DNA from: Amoebophrya sp. A120
Lineage: Eukaryota; Protista; Dinoflagellata
Direction: 5' to 3'
Length of the DNA stretch: 64,000 bases
NCBI GenBank assembly: GCA_905178155.1
Contig: CAJINV010000014.1
Span: forward strand, 2,015,888-2,079,887
The notes under the pieces are model-generated. The model was not told the origin of the DNA, searched no databases, and worked only from the letters and a program-made list of their open reading frames with translations. Shown piece by piece: positions 45,901 to 58,392 of this stretch. How positions within the stretch are numbered: position 1 is the first letter of the stretch; each line of letters starts with the position of its first letter. A program made the translations under genes and the position numbers.

Positions 45901-48900
45901 CCGCCCCCTCCCGTGTTCTTGCCCTTCCATGAATGCATCAAACTCAATACAATTTTACAATTTCTCGAAGTACACATTAGAGGCTCGTCACACTGCTTCT
46001 GCGACCTTGTTCGCTACAGAGTAAGTCGAAGAGAGCTAGGTCGATTGCGCGTCTCGCAGCACAACAAGGAGGAGGAGCTTGTGCCGTGCAGAAAATTATG
46101 TGGTAAATCCAATGCGGGACTCGCATGAGTGACAAATGCTGTGATTATTTCATGTGGAAGTCGTGGGGGTGGAGATCATAACCCTGCGCATTTTCTCCCA
46201 GGATAGTGCCCTCCAGATTCCTCTTCTTCAGAAGTAGCCCCCTCCTCGCTACCACTGCCGCTAGACTGCTCGTCACTAGTATCTTCATCGTCAACATGGA
46301 GGCAGCCTCGGGATTGGCTCCTGGACGAAGCGTGAGCTGCGCACAGATCTTCTTGATCCTGACCGACTTTTTCGGTTGTATGATCCTCCCCCTTTTGATG
46401 ATCCTTACGATCTCGTCGACGTGGCGATTGACCACCAGTATTTTCGACATCAAGTGCAAGTTCTTTCCTTCTTGCCGCCGGTGCACCCCCGCCCCTCAAA
46501 ATGAACTCCTTCTTGGTTTCCCAAATGTTGTTTCCTCGTCCGGCCGCGCCGCGATCGTCTTCAGACGTCGAGCACGAAGCTATCGTACGAAAACAAAACG
46601 TCGTGTGAGTAATCTGAAGTCGTGAAGATCTTGTAGGACAACTCGAGTGTTGGCATAAGTAATCAAATAAATTGACATCGCGGGACTCGTAGTCGCATGA
46701 TGAGAGAGACAGAAATATCTGCAGCCCTGCAGTGTGCATAATTTGAATTTCGCACAAGCGAATGAGAAACAAAAACATGGCTTCATGTAAGAAAAGTTGT
46801 GCTTGTTCCCACTTCCGGTCTTCCATGTGTAGCAAGAGGCATCTTCAGGTCTGTGCGTGTAGTTTTTGCATGATTTGCAACACAGATTCACGACAATTAT
46901 GAAGCTGCGGTTTTATCGTGCGATAAGCTCGCTCTCTTCCACAATCACCGAAAGTTGCGCCTCGTCGGAAGAAAAGCTCGTCGAGTTGCTTGAGCTCCCC
47001 TCGCATGCATCGCAAATATGTCTGGCAGTGCTTGGGCGACATGGCTGTAGAAAGCATTGTGCGGCATGTTGCGAATGCACACCTCCGAAAAAATCAGCTC
47101 TATCATGCTGAATGTGAATGATTTTACTTCTTCTTGTGCATTACAGAGGTCTGCAAAAATCAACTTTGTCATGGTCGGCTGCTTAGTACTGTGGTATGCT
47201 CATCATCGACGAAGGAGCATCAGAACTTTCCGGACCTCCCAGACATCCTATTTGCCGTTGATACCTCGCTCGACGACGAACTGGTCGACGAACCGTCGCC
47301 GTGCTTCCTTTCCCCAGGCGTATGCATTGCAAAAGTTGTATAAGTAGTGAGTCATCGCACTTCATCTAAACGAAATCGCATTACGAGTTTTTGCACAAAT
47401 AAAGAATTTAACTCGAACCTGGAGACCAGACCTGTCATGCTAAAGTAGTACCACGACTACAATTTTTACGATACTTTTGCAGGAGATAACTCGAGGTCCG
47501 CAGCAGCAACTTGCTCCTTCTGGTCCCTGAGCCGGAAGAAATTCTTGCGCTTGACTTGCCGCGCAATGTCAGCGAACTGTCGAAGTCCTCCAACTGTTTC
47601 ATCAGATGCTCGGGCAGCCCGTCCTGACACCCCCAGACCACGCTCGAGGACACGTTGCACGAGGCTGAATTTCTATGCATTGCAGAAGTGCAGTTGCCGT
47701 TGCCGTACGTAGTAGCAATTGCATTTACAACTTTTTGGAAGACAAGCGGGATTTTATTAATTGTAAAAGTAAATCTAAATGGTGACTTACCTCAAAAACT
47801 TCATGGACGAGAGTCGTCATGCACCATTGCAATCATTCCTACGTACGAGTACTAGTACAGGAGTAGGCTTACAACTTTTGCACAGGATAATGTGAAGTCC
47901 GCTGCAACTGGTTCTTAATCGGATTATTCAGCACAAAGGAGGGGTTGCTCGTGACCACCATATCTGGGACCTGGAGCAAGGACGGCGTCGAGGGTCCAAG
48001 CGACGTCGTCGACGACCGAGTGCAGCTGCTAGCCGTGCTTGTTTTCGCGTTCCCAGTAGTGCTTCGACCACTACTTTCCCGGCTCGGCCTCGCCATTCTG
48101 GATGTTGTTGACGCAGCACTGCTAGTTGACGTCCGGCTCTGTGCAGCAGACGAGGTAAGCGAGAGGTGACCAGTTTTTCGTGATTCAGTACAACTTGATG
48201 TGCCCTCCGAGCATATTTGGCTGCATGAGCTCAGCGACGCCGTGGTGCGCCCCAGCGTATTCGGCGTTGCACAGTTCGACGACGTCACGGTGTTCTCAGA
48301 CAGTGAGTGGTCTTCTGCGCTTTGATGTTCCTGTCGCTGGAGAATCTCGTGCGAACAATTTCTTTCCGCTTCGACAATCTGGTAAGGCGAAGTACTGTTG
48401 CTCGTTCTTAGGTCTACTGCTGCGTCACTCCTCTTCCGCCGATCCTTCTTCTTGAGCAACACAAATGACGGAGCCGCTCCTCGCGAATCCTTGCTTGCCT
48501 CGCCAGGTAGTACCGCAGTGGAGTGGTTGCTTGTTTCGGCTTGTTGCACCGTCCCAAATTTGTCCGTCTTCGTTCGCGAAGAAAAATCCAGTTCGTTCTT
48601 GTCTGTCCTGCTTCGACGAGCCCTGTCTCTTCGTCGTCCACCGTCGTCTTTGCTTCTTCGGCCAGTGAAACTGCTGCGTCCCTCCAAGCAGGTAGTAGAA
48701 TCCTCGGAGTCCTCATCTTCCGATGCGCTGCTCGACCCCGAATCGGAGTCAGAGGACGAGGCAGCGGCAACGTAGTTTTTCCCCGACTTCTTCTGCGCAG
48801 TTCTCGCTTCCCGACGCATTCGCTCTAAGTGCGCCTCCGTCACCGGGACCAGTTTTAGAGTGGAAGTAGGACAGGGTCTAGTACTCATACTAGTTCTACT

Positions 48901-51900
48901 TTGCTCCACCTCGGAGGTGATCGATGGCGAGAAAGAACGGGTCCTCCTGGAGGTTGTGTCTCCAGCATCTCGACCGCACTCACGCGGGCCCACTTCTGGC
49001 GCTGCCGTTCCCGCTGAAGAGGCCGACCACGTGGAGCTCGACAAACTCGTCATCATTTCCCCGTAGTAGGAACGGTAAAAACCACTGCCATTGATGTTCA
49101 TTGACGTTGCGTTCCGGCCGTGCGTGCTTCTTTCTCCCGCAAACGCGGAAGCGTCTCCTGCTGCGTCACACGGAAGCTCCGCTATTTTTGCGGTAGGGCT
49201 CCTGCAACGTCGCTGGTCTTGCAGCAGGTCAACAGCGCTACGGCTACAATTTGAGACGAACAACTCGCCACTAGTTCTTGTCGTTGTTGGTGCCGTGCCG
49301 CAACCTGTCTTGTTTAACAAGCCTTCGTGTTGATCTTGTCCGCCCACGACCATGATCTCATCAGGTAAGATGTCCAAATCTGCCTTGGTGCTCTGGTGTG
49401 ATGTGCCGGACTGTCCACCGCTCGTTGCAGTTTGTGTGAGGCTCGAGTGCGACCGTGCTGACTCTTCAACAGCAGGAGCATCATCTGGTCCCGTGCAGCT
49501 GGTTCCTCCGTCCTCGTTGTCGTTGCGAAAATCTGTGCTCATCCACCGCTCCTGGCAATTTTTCATGGCCCGCTCCTGGACAAAGGAAAGGACTTTTTTC
49601 TTCCAGTATTCATCAGAAAAAAACGATCTTATTCTCGAGCTTCCAGGGTCAGGCAAGTACAGGCGTGAGTGCTGGGACGGTCGCTACACAAAGCAAAGGG
49701 AAGCAGGTGATATCAAGCTCGTCGCTTTGATCTACTTCCCGAAAAAAAAAAAATTCCCGCAAATCAGAAATCATGTCTTCTGAGGATCAGATGTTATGCT
49801 TATGGTTATGCAGGAAGTTTTTCCCGGCCTGAACTAATATCCAGCACCCAGTAACGCCTGCCTCAAGACCGTTACCCAGAGCAGCGAGAACTACGTCGCA
49901 CGATCCTTATACCAAGATAACAGTGCCAATTCGTGTTCTGCTGCACCTGACCCTCGTCCCAACTGCAGCGGACTGCGTACCAAAACAGTCGAGTCCGTAA
50001 GAAAAGTGCCCACCAGAACTGGCGTGACGCCCATCCAGAAGTCGTGTACGATGTTGGTTTTGGGGTCGGTATCAAGGAAGAGCAGCTTCACTTGAGTATC
50101 AGCAGTTGTTTCCTCCTCGGAAGTTGCACATGGTGGCGGAGTCTTCAGATTGCCTCCTTCAACGGCTCCGAAAGCGTTGTATTCCGCCAGCAAGCGTGTG
50201 AGCAGCTGCTGCCCTTCTTTTGCGACCGCAGTTGAAATTATGGAACGTGACGACTTTTGTTTTAGCCTGCCTCGCGGCACGATCATCAAGAGATAGCCCC
50301 ACGTGCAGGTGCACGTGCTTTTTTTATGCATGCTTCTCATCTGTAGTCATGGGACTGGTCGTGTGCGATCTCCGTGCATGCAATTCAATCATGCGGCATT
50401 GAAACTCGGCTGCTCCGTCAGCATCACCTTCACCAACGATTTCGATATCGATCCACATAAATTTTACAATCATGTTCATGTAAAGTAATGGAACAAGTTG
50501 CCACAGGCCATACTCTTGTCGATGCGAACTGGAAGACGGTTCATCGATCTCGGTGCGAGCGGGAACGATCGTGCTGCAGTAGTCCCGACTGCCTGCAGCT
50601 GTGAAAAACGTGATAAATCACAGGAATGATCAGCAGGCACGCCAAGAATGCTATCAAGATGCTTCTGCTCATCGTCGACATGATCGCCCACTATCACTGA
50701 CACGAGCTCGTGCTCGTGTGTCTCGTTGCACGCAAGAAGGATCGCCTCTGGATCCGTTGGACTTGGACTACACAAGGTGCCACAACTCGGCTGAAAATAA
50801 ACTTTGGACAGTTGTAGTTCCGCGTCGTCGCCCGTGTCTGACGGTGGTCTTCCTGCTTGAAATTTCCTCGACGTCCGACAGCGCGTTCGTTCCATGGACG
50901 CAATTTCCCTGCGAGCTTCTTCGACCAGGGCCTCGCCCTCTGCTTCGAAGCCGTAGAGCCCTTCGATTTGTCGCCGTTTGCATTCCAACTTGTACCGCTC
51001 GGCGAAGAATTTTTCCACATGAAGATGCACAGAAGGTTCTTCGGCCGCGTGTACGTCTTGTGGCAACGCCCCGCGAGTAGAGTCGTCGCTAGAGGTTTCC
51101 TCGCTTTTGTTGTAGCTGTGGGTAGGTGGATCCGCATTTTCTGCAGGTCGTCGCATGCATGATGTGCTTCTTCTTGATCGTCGCACCCCCGGCAAATCCT
51201 GTTGGCTGAAAAGCAGCTCCCGGTTCTGCAGGGTGCGCAGGCGGGCCACTGCCTCTCGAAAGACACGCGCGTCCGCCTTTATTGGCGGCGTCGCAGCAGC
51301 ACCGACATGTTGACCATCCTCCATTTCGCCCGTGCTTTTCGAACTTCGCTTCGATGGCCGCCTGGAAGTAGCTGCACTAGTGGTCGTCCCCGCTGCTACC
51401 AGCGCCTCGGCTGAGGATGTTTTCGTTAGCACCGTCACGGAGGCGCGCGAATGCGCGTCTTGCTCCACGATGAGACACGTGTCCTCCTCTTCGTCCAAAT
51501 GTGGCAGAGAAAATTGACTCGATTCAAGAGCAAAACGAGGGTGGTTGTGCGCAAGCTATTCTGGAGGTGCGCTGGCTTGTAGTTCCGCGGGGCTGGTGTC
51601 GGTGCTCTTCTTCATGTAACAGCAACAAAAGTCATTTCCATGCATACATCAAAGAGACTTGAGGAATTTCTGAGGATGAGAATGTTGAAGCTCCTTTGCA
51701 TGCACGCTCTTCCTATCGAGGTGGACACTGATACTTTATTGAAGATGCGACCGTGGTGCCGTCGCGCAGTCACCAACGCTTTTACTTCCGCTTTAGTTTA
51801 TTTCTACGAGAAGGAAAGGAGCCCCTACCCCTAGTACCTCTCGCCTTGCTGCTTGCTATGTAAGCCTTCCATAACTACATGCATAGCTACTCTACTCGAA

Positions 51901-54363
51901 ATGCTGGCGACAGCTGCCACACGACGAACTATACTCTTGTACAACCCAGATGAGCCTTGCCTTGATCAAGAATTCCAACAGGATACACTTTGGAGCAGAT
52001 GATGGTGCAGTGGGTCAAGCGCCGGTCCAGTCGGAAGCGGATCTTCGTGTTCAGGTGCAAGCTGCTCGGAGGAAATCGAAATGTTAAACGAAAATCTTGA
52101 GCAATAACAAGACGGCCAAAGTTATCATGACCAGGAGGTCCTCTCAACCGTACAACTACAAAGGCTGACCGCTTGAGCGCAGTCGTCGTACTAGAACCTG
52201 GGGATTTTGATTCTCTAGCATGATCAATGGCCCAGCACTGTTGGCTCAGGATTTTTCTGTGCGATATCCCATACACCACCGGGAGGGGACGTCTGACGAG
52301 TTCTTTTTTTCGGTGGTCTTCGAATGTTGTTGACCACTTTCTTCTCCAATTTCTACCGCAGCTGAGGGTGGTGCTCGTGAGCGAGCTAGTCTCTGTAGTT
52401 CATCCAGCTGAACTCCTACTTCGTTCACCGTTGTGCCGCTCGTCGACGCGCTCATTCCCCGCAGAGTACTAGAGCCGTTTTGTGCCGCTGACGCCTTGAG
52501 CGCCGTGCTGCCTGTTTCTTTCTCGTGGTCCGAAGCAGGGGGCAGCGTCGGCAAAAGAAATGGCTCGTTGTCAGGGTCGAGAAACAGGAAGATCTCCGTG
52601 CCCAGCTCGTAAAAAACTGGGTGGTGGTCGACCACATTTTGAAGATCTCCATCTTCGATCATAGGTCGTTGGTGTTGGACTCCATAAGGACTCTGACAGG
52701 ATGAGTTGAGACGCTGCGACGTTGTCGATCTTGCAACGCCATCAAAGCTCGTCGTCGTCTGTCTCAGAGCAGGTCGTACTACGTCAGCGTCATGCTCATG
52801 GTCAGTGGTAGTTTCTTCATGATCGGCTGTAAGAGCACGACTTGCTCGTGCGTTTATGTCTCGTCCATATCCTGTGGTAGCATCAGCAACATTCCAATTT
52901 TCTGCAGGGGGTCGCGTTCTCTTTTCCGGCCCCTGAACGCCGTGGAAAAGTTCCAGAGCATGGGTGTACGTCCAAACAGAATAACGTAGGTAGTTTGCAG
53001 TGGTAGGACGAGCACGAGCTGCAAGGGCAAGGCCGTCTTCAACATTTGTATTTCCACCGACAGTATCTTTTTCTTCGTGACCACTCTGAGGCGAGGAAGT
53101 AGGAGCAGCAGGCCGCCCTCGGTCGATCCCAACAATGATCCCCCGACGGATTTCGACCATGGCGCTTCTTGCGAATGGGAGTGAGATAGAGCTGAGAAGG
53201 TGACGTCACAAAAGCAGAAGCGCGATCGAGATCTTGTTCTTTACTCAACCGGTCCGCTGTCCGTATGATGATCGTCGTAGCCGGAAATCATGATGCGGTA
53301 AACGGAAAATCTGCGGGAGAGAAGCCACTGCGTCGACAACTTCTACTGCCGCGCGCACCTTTCAACACTTCTTCGAGAACGAGAACGAACAAGAGGGAGG
53401 CACTTCTGCAGTGACAAGCTTCTCTGACAGTGGACGAGGGCTAAGTTCCTCATCCTGGTTGCAGTGGTAACATGATGTCCACCAAGAACAACTTCGCGGC
53501 CCAGCAATTATGCTCTTCTAGCTCGTACATCAGCAACACGCTGCTGGTAGGATACGGCACGTCGGTCGTAAACGTAATTGTGCTACGATTTTCATAATTT
53601 CGGCAGTCCTTACCTAGCGCAGCGCGAGTTCTTTCATCAACATCAACAGAGGCCTGCACTTACAATCATGCCTCCAACAATCACAATCAGCCCAAACAAA
53701 GTCTAGGACAAGCGAAAGCAAGGTGCCTTGGAAGCTAGTATCCGCTGCAACTTCACGGACAGAGCAATACGGTCCCCAGCACTCGACGCCGCGCCAAAAG
53801 TGCGACGCGCTGTACTATATGAAAACTCAGGATCAAAGAAATTATTATCGAGTTGTTCTACTGCTTGTGGGAGCACGATAACGAACATCTCTAGAAGAAG
53901 TAATCGGATCACTATTCGTTCCTTTGCCACCAGGGGTTGCCCAGAACCATCAAAATTCGCCACCAAGCCGAGGCTTCAATAAAGACACACCTGACAGAGC
54001 CTGGCGCATTGTAGTTGTGGTGCACGGCATCTAATAAATGAACGACAGAGCTGCAGGAGAACGAAGCGGCTCTCTCGTGGTGGCTTCAAGAACCGTAGAT
54101 CTTCACGTTAGCACACTGGAACACATACGCGGAGGCCCACACGACGGACAGTGTGCTAAAGACGCGGGGCCCACGCGACATTTCGGGAGGAACAATGTTG
54201 GCCACTGCAGAAGCGCCCTATCTTTTTTGGTTTTACATGCAAGACTGCCAGTTGAAATTGTACTTACTTCGAAAACAATGCGCAAGATGGTCCGTCGTGA
54301 TGTAGAGGTGTTTCGATACACATGAGTAAAGGGCTGCACTTGTTGCATTCCCATTTGCAACAA
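39993..54363 (-). CDS. Large Ser/Thr-rich hypothetical multi-exon gene (possibly more than one gene); boundaries approximate
   Basis: Chain of long minus-strand ORFs (350, 348, 267, 300, 609, 595, 340, 304 aa) separated by 100-400 bp gaps with decayed element ends; only a few junctions verified. Confidence 0.55.
40928..41077. mobile_element. Introner, family A (opposite orientation)
   Basis: TIR; TSD GCTGG/GGTGG; frame kept. Confidence 0.9.
47321..47488. mobile_element. Introner, A-like (decayed)
   Basis: TATGCATTGCAAAAGT / ACTTTTGCAGGAGATA; TSD AGGCG/ACTCG. Confidence 0.72.
47674..47889. mobile_element. Introner, A-like (decayed)
   Basis: TATGCATTGCAGAAGT / ACTTTTGCACAGGATA; TSD ATTTC/ATGTG; frame kept. 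Confidence 0.75.
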
Positions 54364-54574
54364 AGAGTTCTAGTACATCAAGAGCACAATAAAATCAATC
54401 ACGTGCATCTCCCTCGCTGCCCGCCAGAAGCAGAAGCATTCTTCGTCACCACGCACCAGAAGCTTTATCGTCCACCTCGCCCGCCCCACGACCGTACGTC
54501 GTTTACAAAGAACACCTTCACGACATCTTCTTCTTGTATTTTCTCGTCCTCGTCCACCACGCATTATATTTCCA

Positions 54575-57500
54575 TCACAGCTTGTGCGATTTGACGACGG
54601 TAGTGCGGATGCCGGTCATTTCGCCCGAGTAGAGATTCTCCGCGGTGCGCATGGTTTGCACGACGGTCTTCCGCTTCTTGACCGCCTTCTCGTACTTTCG
54701 GCGGTGCTTCACACGGCTGTTGCGGTCCTTCTTGGGCCGGATGCGCACCAGCCCCTTGTTCTGCAGAATCTTTTTTGTCGCGAACCGCTGCTCCCCGTCC
54801 TCTAGCTCCAGGTGCTGCTTCTGTCCCTCGGTCAAGCTACCAGGGTCCACCGCGGTCAACGCGGTCTTTTCCTTTGTGCCTTTGGCACCAAACCCTAACA
54901 CTTCTGACGTTGCCTTTTTCTTCCCGTGTTTTGTTTTCTTCAGCATCTCCTCCTCCTGCTGTTCCTTCGGATTGCTTCCGTGGTCCTCGCCCTCCTCGTC
55001 CGCGGCAAAGAAGTCCGCCGGAAGCGAGTCCTCAATGCGGACGTTTTTCGCACTCCGCTGCTTGAACTCCACCTGGGCGTCCCCCGTCTTCTGGCGCGAG
55101 CTCTTGGAGAGAGTCGCGCCGCTGGAGGTCGTCATGGTATCCGACAGCAACTTCTGCCCCTTGGTCATGTGGCTATCCTCACGAAATCTTGAAAGTGTTT
55201 GTCTTTTGCAGTCGGTTCGGTGCAATTGCATATTTTACCATAAAAGACTTTTATCTGTGTTGCATCTTTGTGATCAAGATTTGATCAATCATGGCCGTCG
55301 TGTTGCTATTATGCATATGCTTTATTTGCTTTTCCTTTATCCTTTGATACTCAGGATACCTACAACGCTTATGGTTATGTAGCATGAAATTCGCATGACG
55401 GAGACTTATTGTGGCGTCTAAAATTACATGCATGTGTCTAGAATCTATTGTTCTTTACGCGTCGCCGTCTCGTTCCTCTATTCAACACTGCAAGATTTCG
55501 CTTTGATATTACTGCTGCAGCTGCTTTTGTCCTTTCTTCTCGGGTCGCGCGCCCAGCGTCGCGTCGTGGTACGGACATTCCTTCTGCAGCGAAATCTGGT
55601 TGCGCGGCTTCGGTATCCTGTGGAAAAATCGCGATCGTGTCGTACCTACGACCACACAAGGAGAACGCGCCACAAATTGCGATCTGTAATTCAATCTTGT
55701 TTGTAGTGGACACAACATCGGTATTAGACACTCATAGTACAGACGTGTGGTTGCATGTTCTTCGTTGCTCTTGCAAATTATTTACAGCGCATGACACCAT
55801 GTATAGTTTCCCCACGTAGTTGAAGTTGCATTTGTAAACGACGCGCATGACAAATTTTATTGGCCGCGACGTCTATCTGTGCTGGAGGTGGAAGTTGGCA
55901 CTACGATTCAAACATATCAGTTTCCTTTGGATAGGTCTCACAGCACCATTGCCGTTCTTGTCCGCGCTCTTGACCTTCTTCCCCAGGGACGCGGCGCCAG
56001 TGTCCGCTGGTTCTGCTTTTCTCTTGCAGGAGGACACAGATTTATTCGCTTCACTTCCGCCAGCAGGCATTGTTGGATCTTCATTTGAAGCGGCCGCTAG
56101 TGCATTCTCTTCTGGAGTGACGGTGCTTCGTTCTTTCTTCGTCTTCACAGAGGTAGATCCGGTAGCTGCGTGCTTCTTCGAGCTGGTTGTCAACCTCGCG
56201 GTTCCCGCCTCGCTCGCGGAATCAATGCCATCAAGACCACCAAAAACATCTTCAGAGTGGTCACTTTCCTCCTCCTCATCCTCCGCGTCTGAGGAACCGT
56301 CCAGCTCGATGCTGTTCTCGCTCGCTTCTGCGTCCTCGTCCTCCGGGTCCACAGGTGCATGAAGATCCTGTTCTTCTTCATCTTCTGTTCCGCTTCCGCC
56401 CAGGCACTCCACCAACATGTCGTCCTTGTCCGCATACTCGACCTTCAGCTCCTTCAGGGCGAGGATCTGCTCGAAGACCGGGTGCTGGGTGATATACTTC
56501 TGCGTGCTCTCGAAAGGAGATAACTTGGAGGACGTTACTGGGTTCTTGTTTCCCGAAAGAGTCGCTGTGGTCCTGCTGCCCATGATGCCAGCCGCGGAGG
56601 GTGTGCTGCTCGAGCACAAACTCGACACTGTACCTGTTCAAGAATATTTGAAGATGGAACAATACAACTCTTCACAGTCGAAGCAGTAGCAGGATACTGC
56701 CCGCTACTTCTGGTCGGTACAGCACTTCTTCTACTACTACCCGCAAGAAATAATATCAAGTATCTCGGCGCAACATCTCACAGAATGAGTTTCCCTTCTC
56801 TTACTTTCATATACAATGATCTTCACAGCCTCTAGTTGTACTTACACATCTTCAAACACAGGTATGCTGTCGCGCAAAATATTTATAAATCGTCTACCTT
56901 TTTCCGCACCTTCCAGGACTTCGCAGACGCTGTCCTTTTTCAAGTGCAGGTAGAACGAGAGAAACGCCAAGTACTGCTTGGCAAACGAGCTTGTATCACA
57001 AGGCAAATTGGAACTGCGCTGCTTCTACAAGTGAATAGTGACACTAATCATGGTAGAGAAATTTGCTCACCCTCTTCTTCTTCTACACTTCATTAGCCGT
57101 TCTCTCTTCTTAATTTTCGCGAACCGACTGCACAGCTCGACCTTTTTTATTTATGTATATGTCTTTGCAGCACAGCCCCACTCCTTGTGTCCCTGTGATA
57201 GATTCTCGCGTCCACGAAAGTCTTCAGCTCCGGTCCCATGTCTTGCGCAAAGGCTTTGTCCGCTTCAAACCGGTCGCTGCACGGCAGCAGGTGCTGCTGC
57301 AGAAAGTTCATCTCCCCTACGTATTCCTGCAACAGTCCCTGCAGCTCCGGTGCGTTCTTGCTGAGCCAAAACTGCTTGTTCCGCGCAGTGATGGCGTTGC
57401 TTGCCGAACGGGTCGCCGTACATCTTTTGTTAGTAGTGCTCGCGGAGTCATTGTCATTGTTCTTGGGTTTATTTTTCTCTATTTGATTCTCTGCCGCGAC

Positions 57501-58392
57501 CACAAGAGAGCCTTCTTCTTGTTCGTTTTTACCTCCGCTGGGAGCTGCATTCATCTGGTCGTCCCTCGTTTGCGTCTGCGCGGTGGTGGTTGCATGTTCA
57601 GCAAGACGTGCTAGTCCGTCCGCATCTGCTGCTCTCAGGGGGCTTTGTTCTTCTTCTTTCCCCGCAGCGAAGTTTTTATTTTCGCAACTTCTGCGTGCAA
57701 GCAGAGACGATGACCCGTCGGTTGCAGCATCGTCAATACTTCTTAATAACTTACTTCGTGCAGCTTGTCCTCCTCCGACGGAATGAGAGGGCTGTTCGTC
57801 CGATTCCGAGCTGCTGCTGTCGTCTTCGTGAAACAAGTTTCTCGCTTGGGTGAGCAGTTTTTGCCGGTTCTCCTGAGCAAAAACGTCCCCGTACCGTAAC
57901 AAAGTAGATGCGGAGTTTCGCTTCATTCAGTAGACTATTCTTCGTTAGAAGTAGTCATGTCATGGTTGGAAGTAGTCATGGCTTGTTCTAGCTTCTATCG
58001 TGACATCATCAGAAAATGTCATTTTCCCAAATCGTGCTTAATAGCCCGTGACAAGGTTCAATTCTCGAAATATCTCGTCCAGTAAATAAAAACTAAGCAT
58101 CGATGACTTTCACTCTCATTGGGCCAGGCATGACAAGCGTCTCGTTTTCTGGGGAACAAGAATGCAAGTTTGCGCACAAAGTTGTTTTGGAATCGCGGGG
58201 ACGTTTTTGCACCGGGTACCGCTTCTCTGCCTTTTCCCGGAGCTCCTTTTCTGCGTCAGACAGATCCGCGGCCGATTCCGCATCGGAACCCCCGTAGTAT
58301 TCCGCTGCCTTCTTGCCCCAGAACACCTCCTTCTCCAGCGGAAACTGCTGCTCGCTTTCCGAGAAATCACCGGAATCTTCGGAATGAGACAT
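54575..58392 (-). CDS. UTP3: SAS10/UTP3 small-subunit processome component, multi-exon
   Basis: N-terminal WGKKAAEYYGG; central APELQGLL and HPVFEQILAL; C-terminal Sas10 domain RFATKKILQNKGLVRIRPKKDRNSRVKHRRKYEKA...YSGEMTGIRTTVVKSHKL. Confidence 0.92.
55174..55508. mobile_element. Decayed introner in UTP3, now bounded by GT-AG
   Basis: CGAAATCTTG..AGTGTT inverted pair with TAT/ATA ends; minus-strand GTAA at 55512 and AG at 55173; frame kept. Confidence 0.8.
55614..55933. mobile_element. Decayed introner in UTP3
   Basis: TATCC..GGAAA / TTTCC..GGATA ends; no TSD match; removal of element plus 5 nt keeps frame. Confidence 0.55.

Noticed and set aside
54645-55382. Long plus-strand ORFs (245 aa here, also 42136-42786 and 44173-44724)
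   Set aside because: Antisense shadows of minus-strand coding exons.
57361-57375. Relic of the dinoflagellate spliced leader (TGAGCCAAAA)
   Set aside because: Only a 10-nt partial match, inside UTP3 coding sequence. No full leader was seen by eye.
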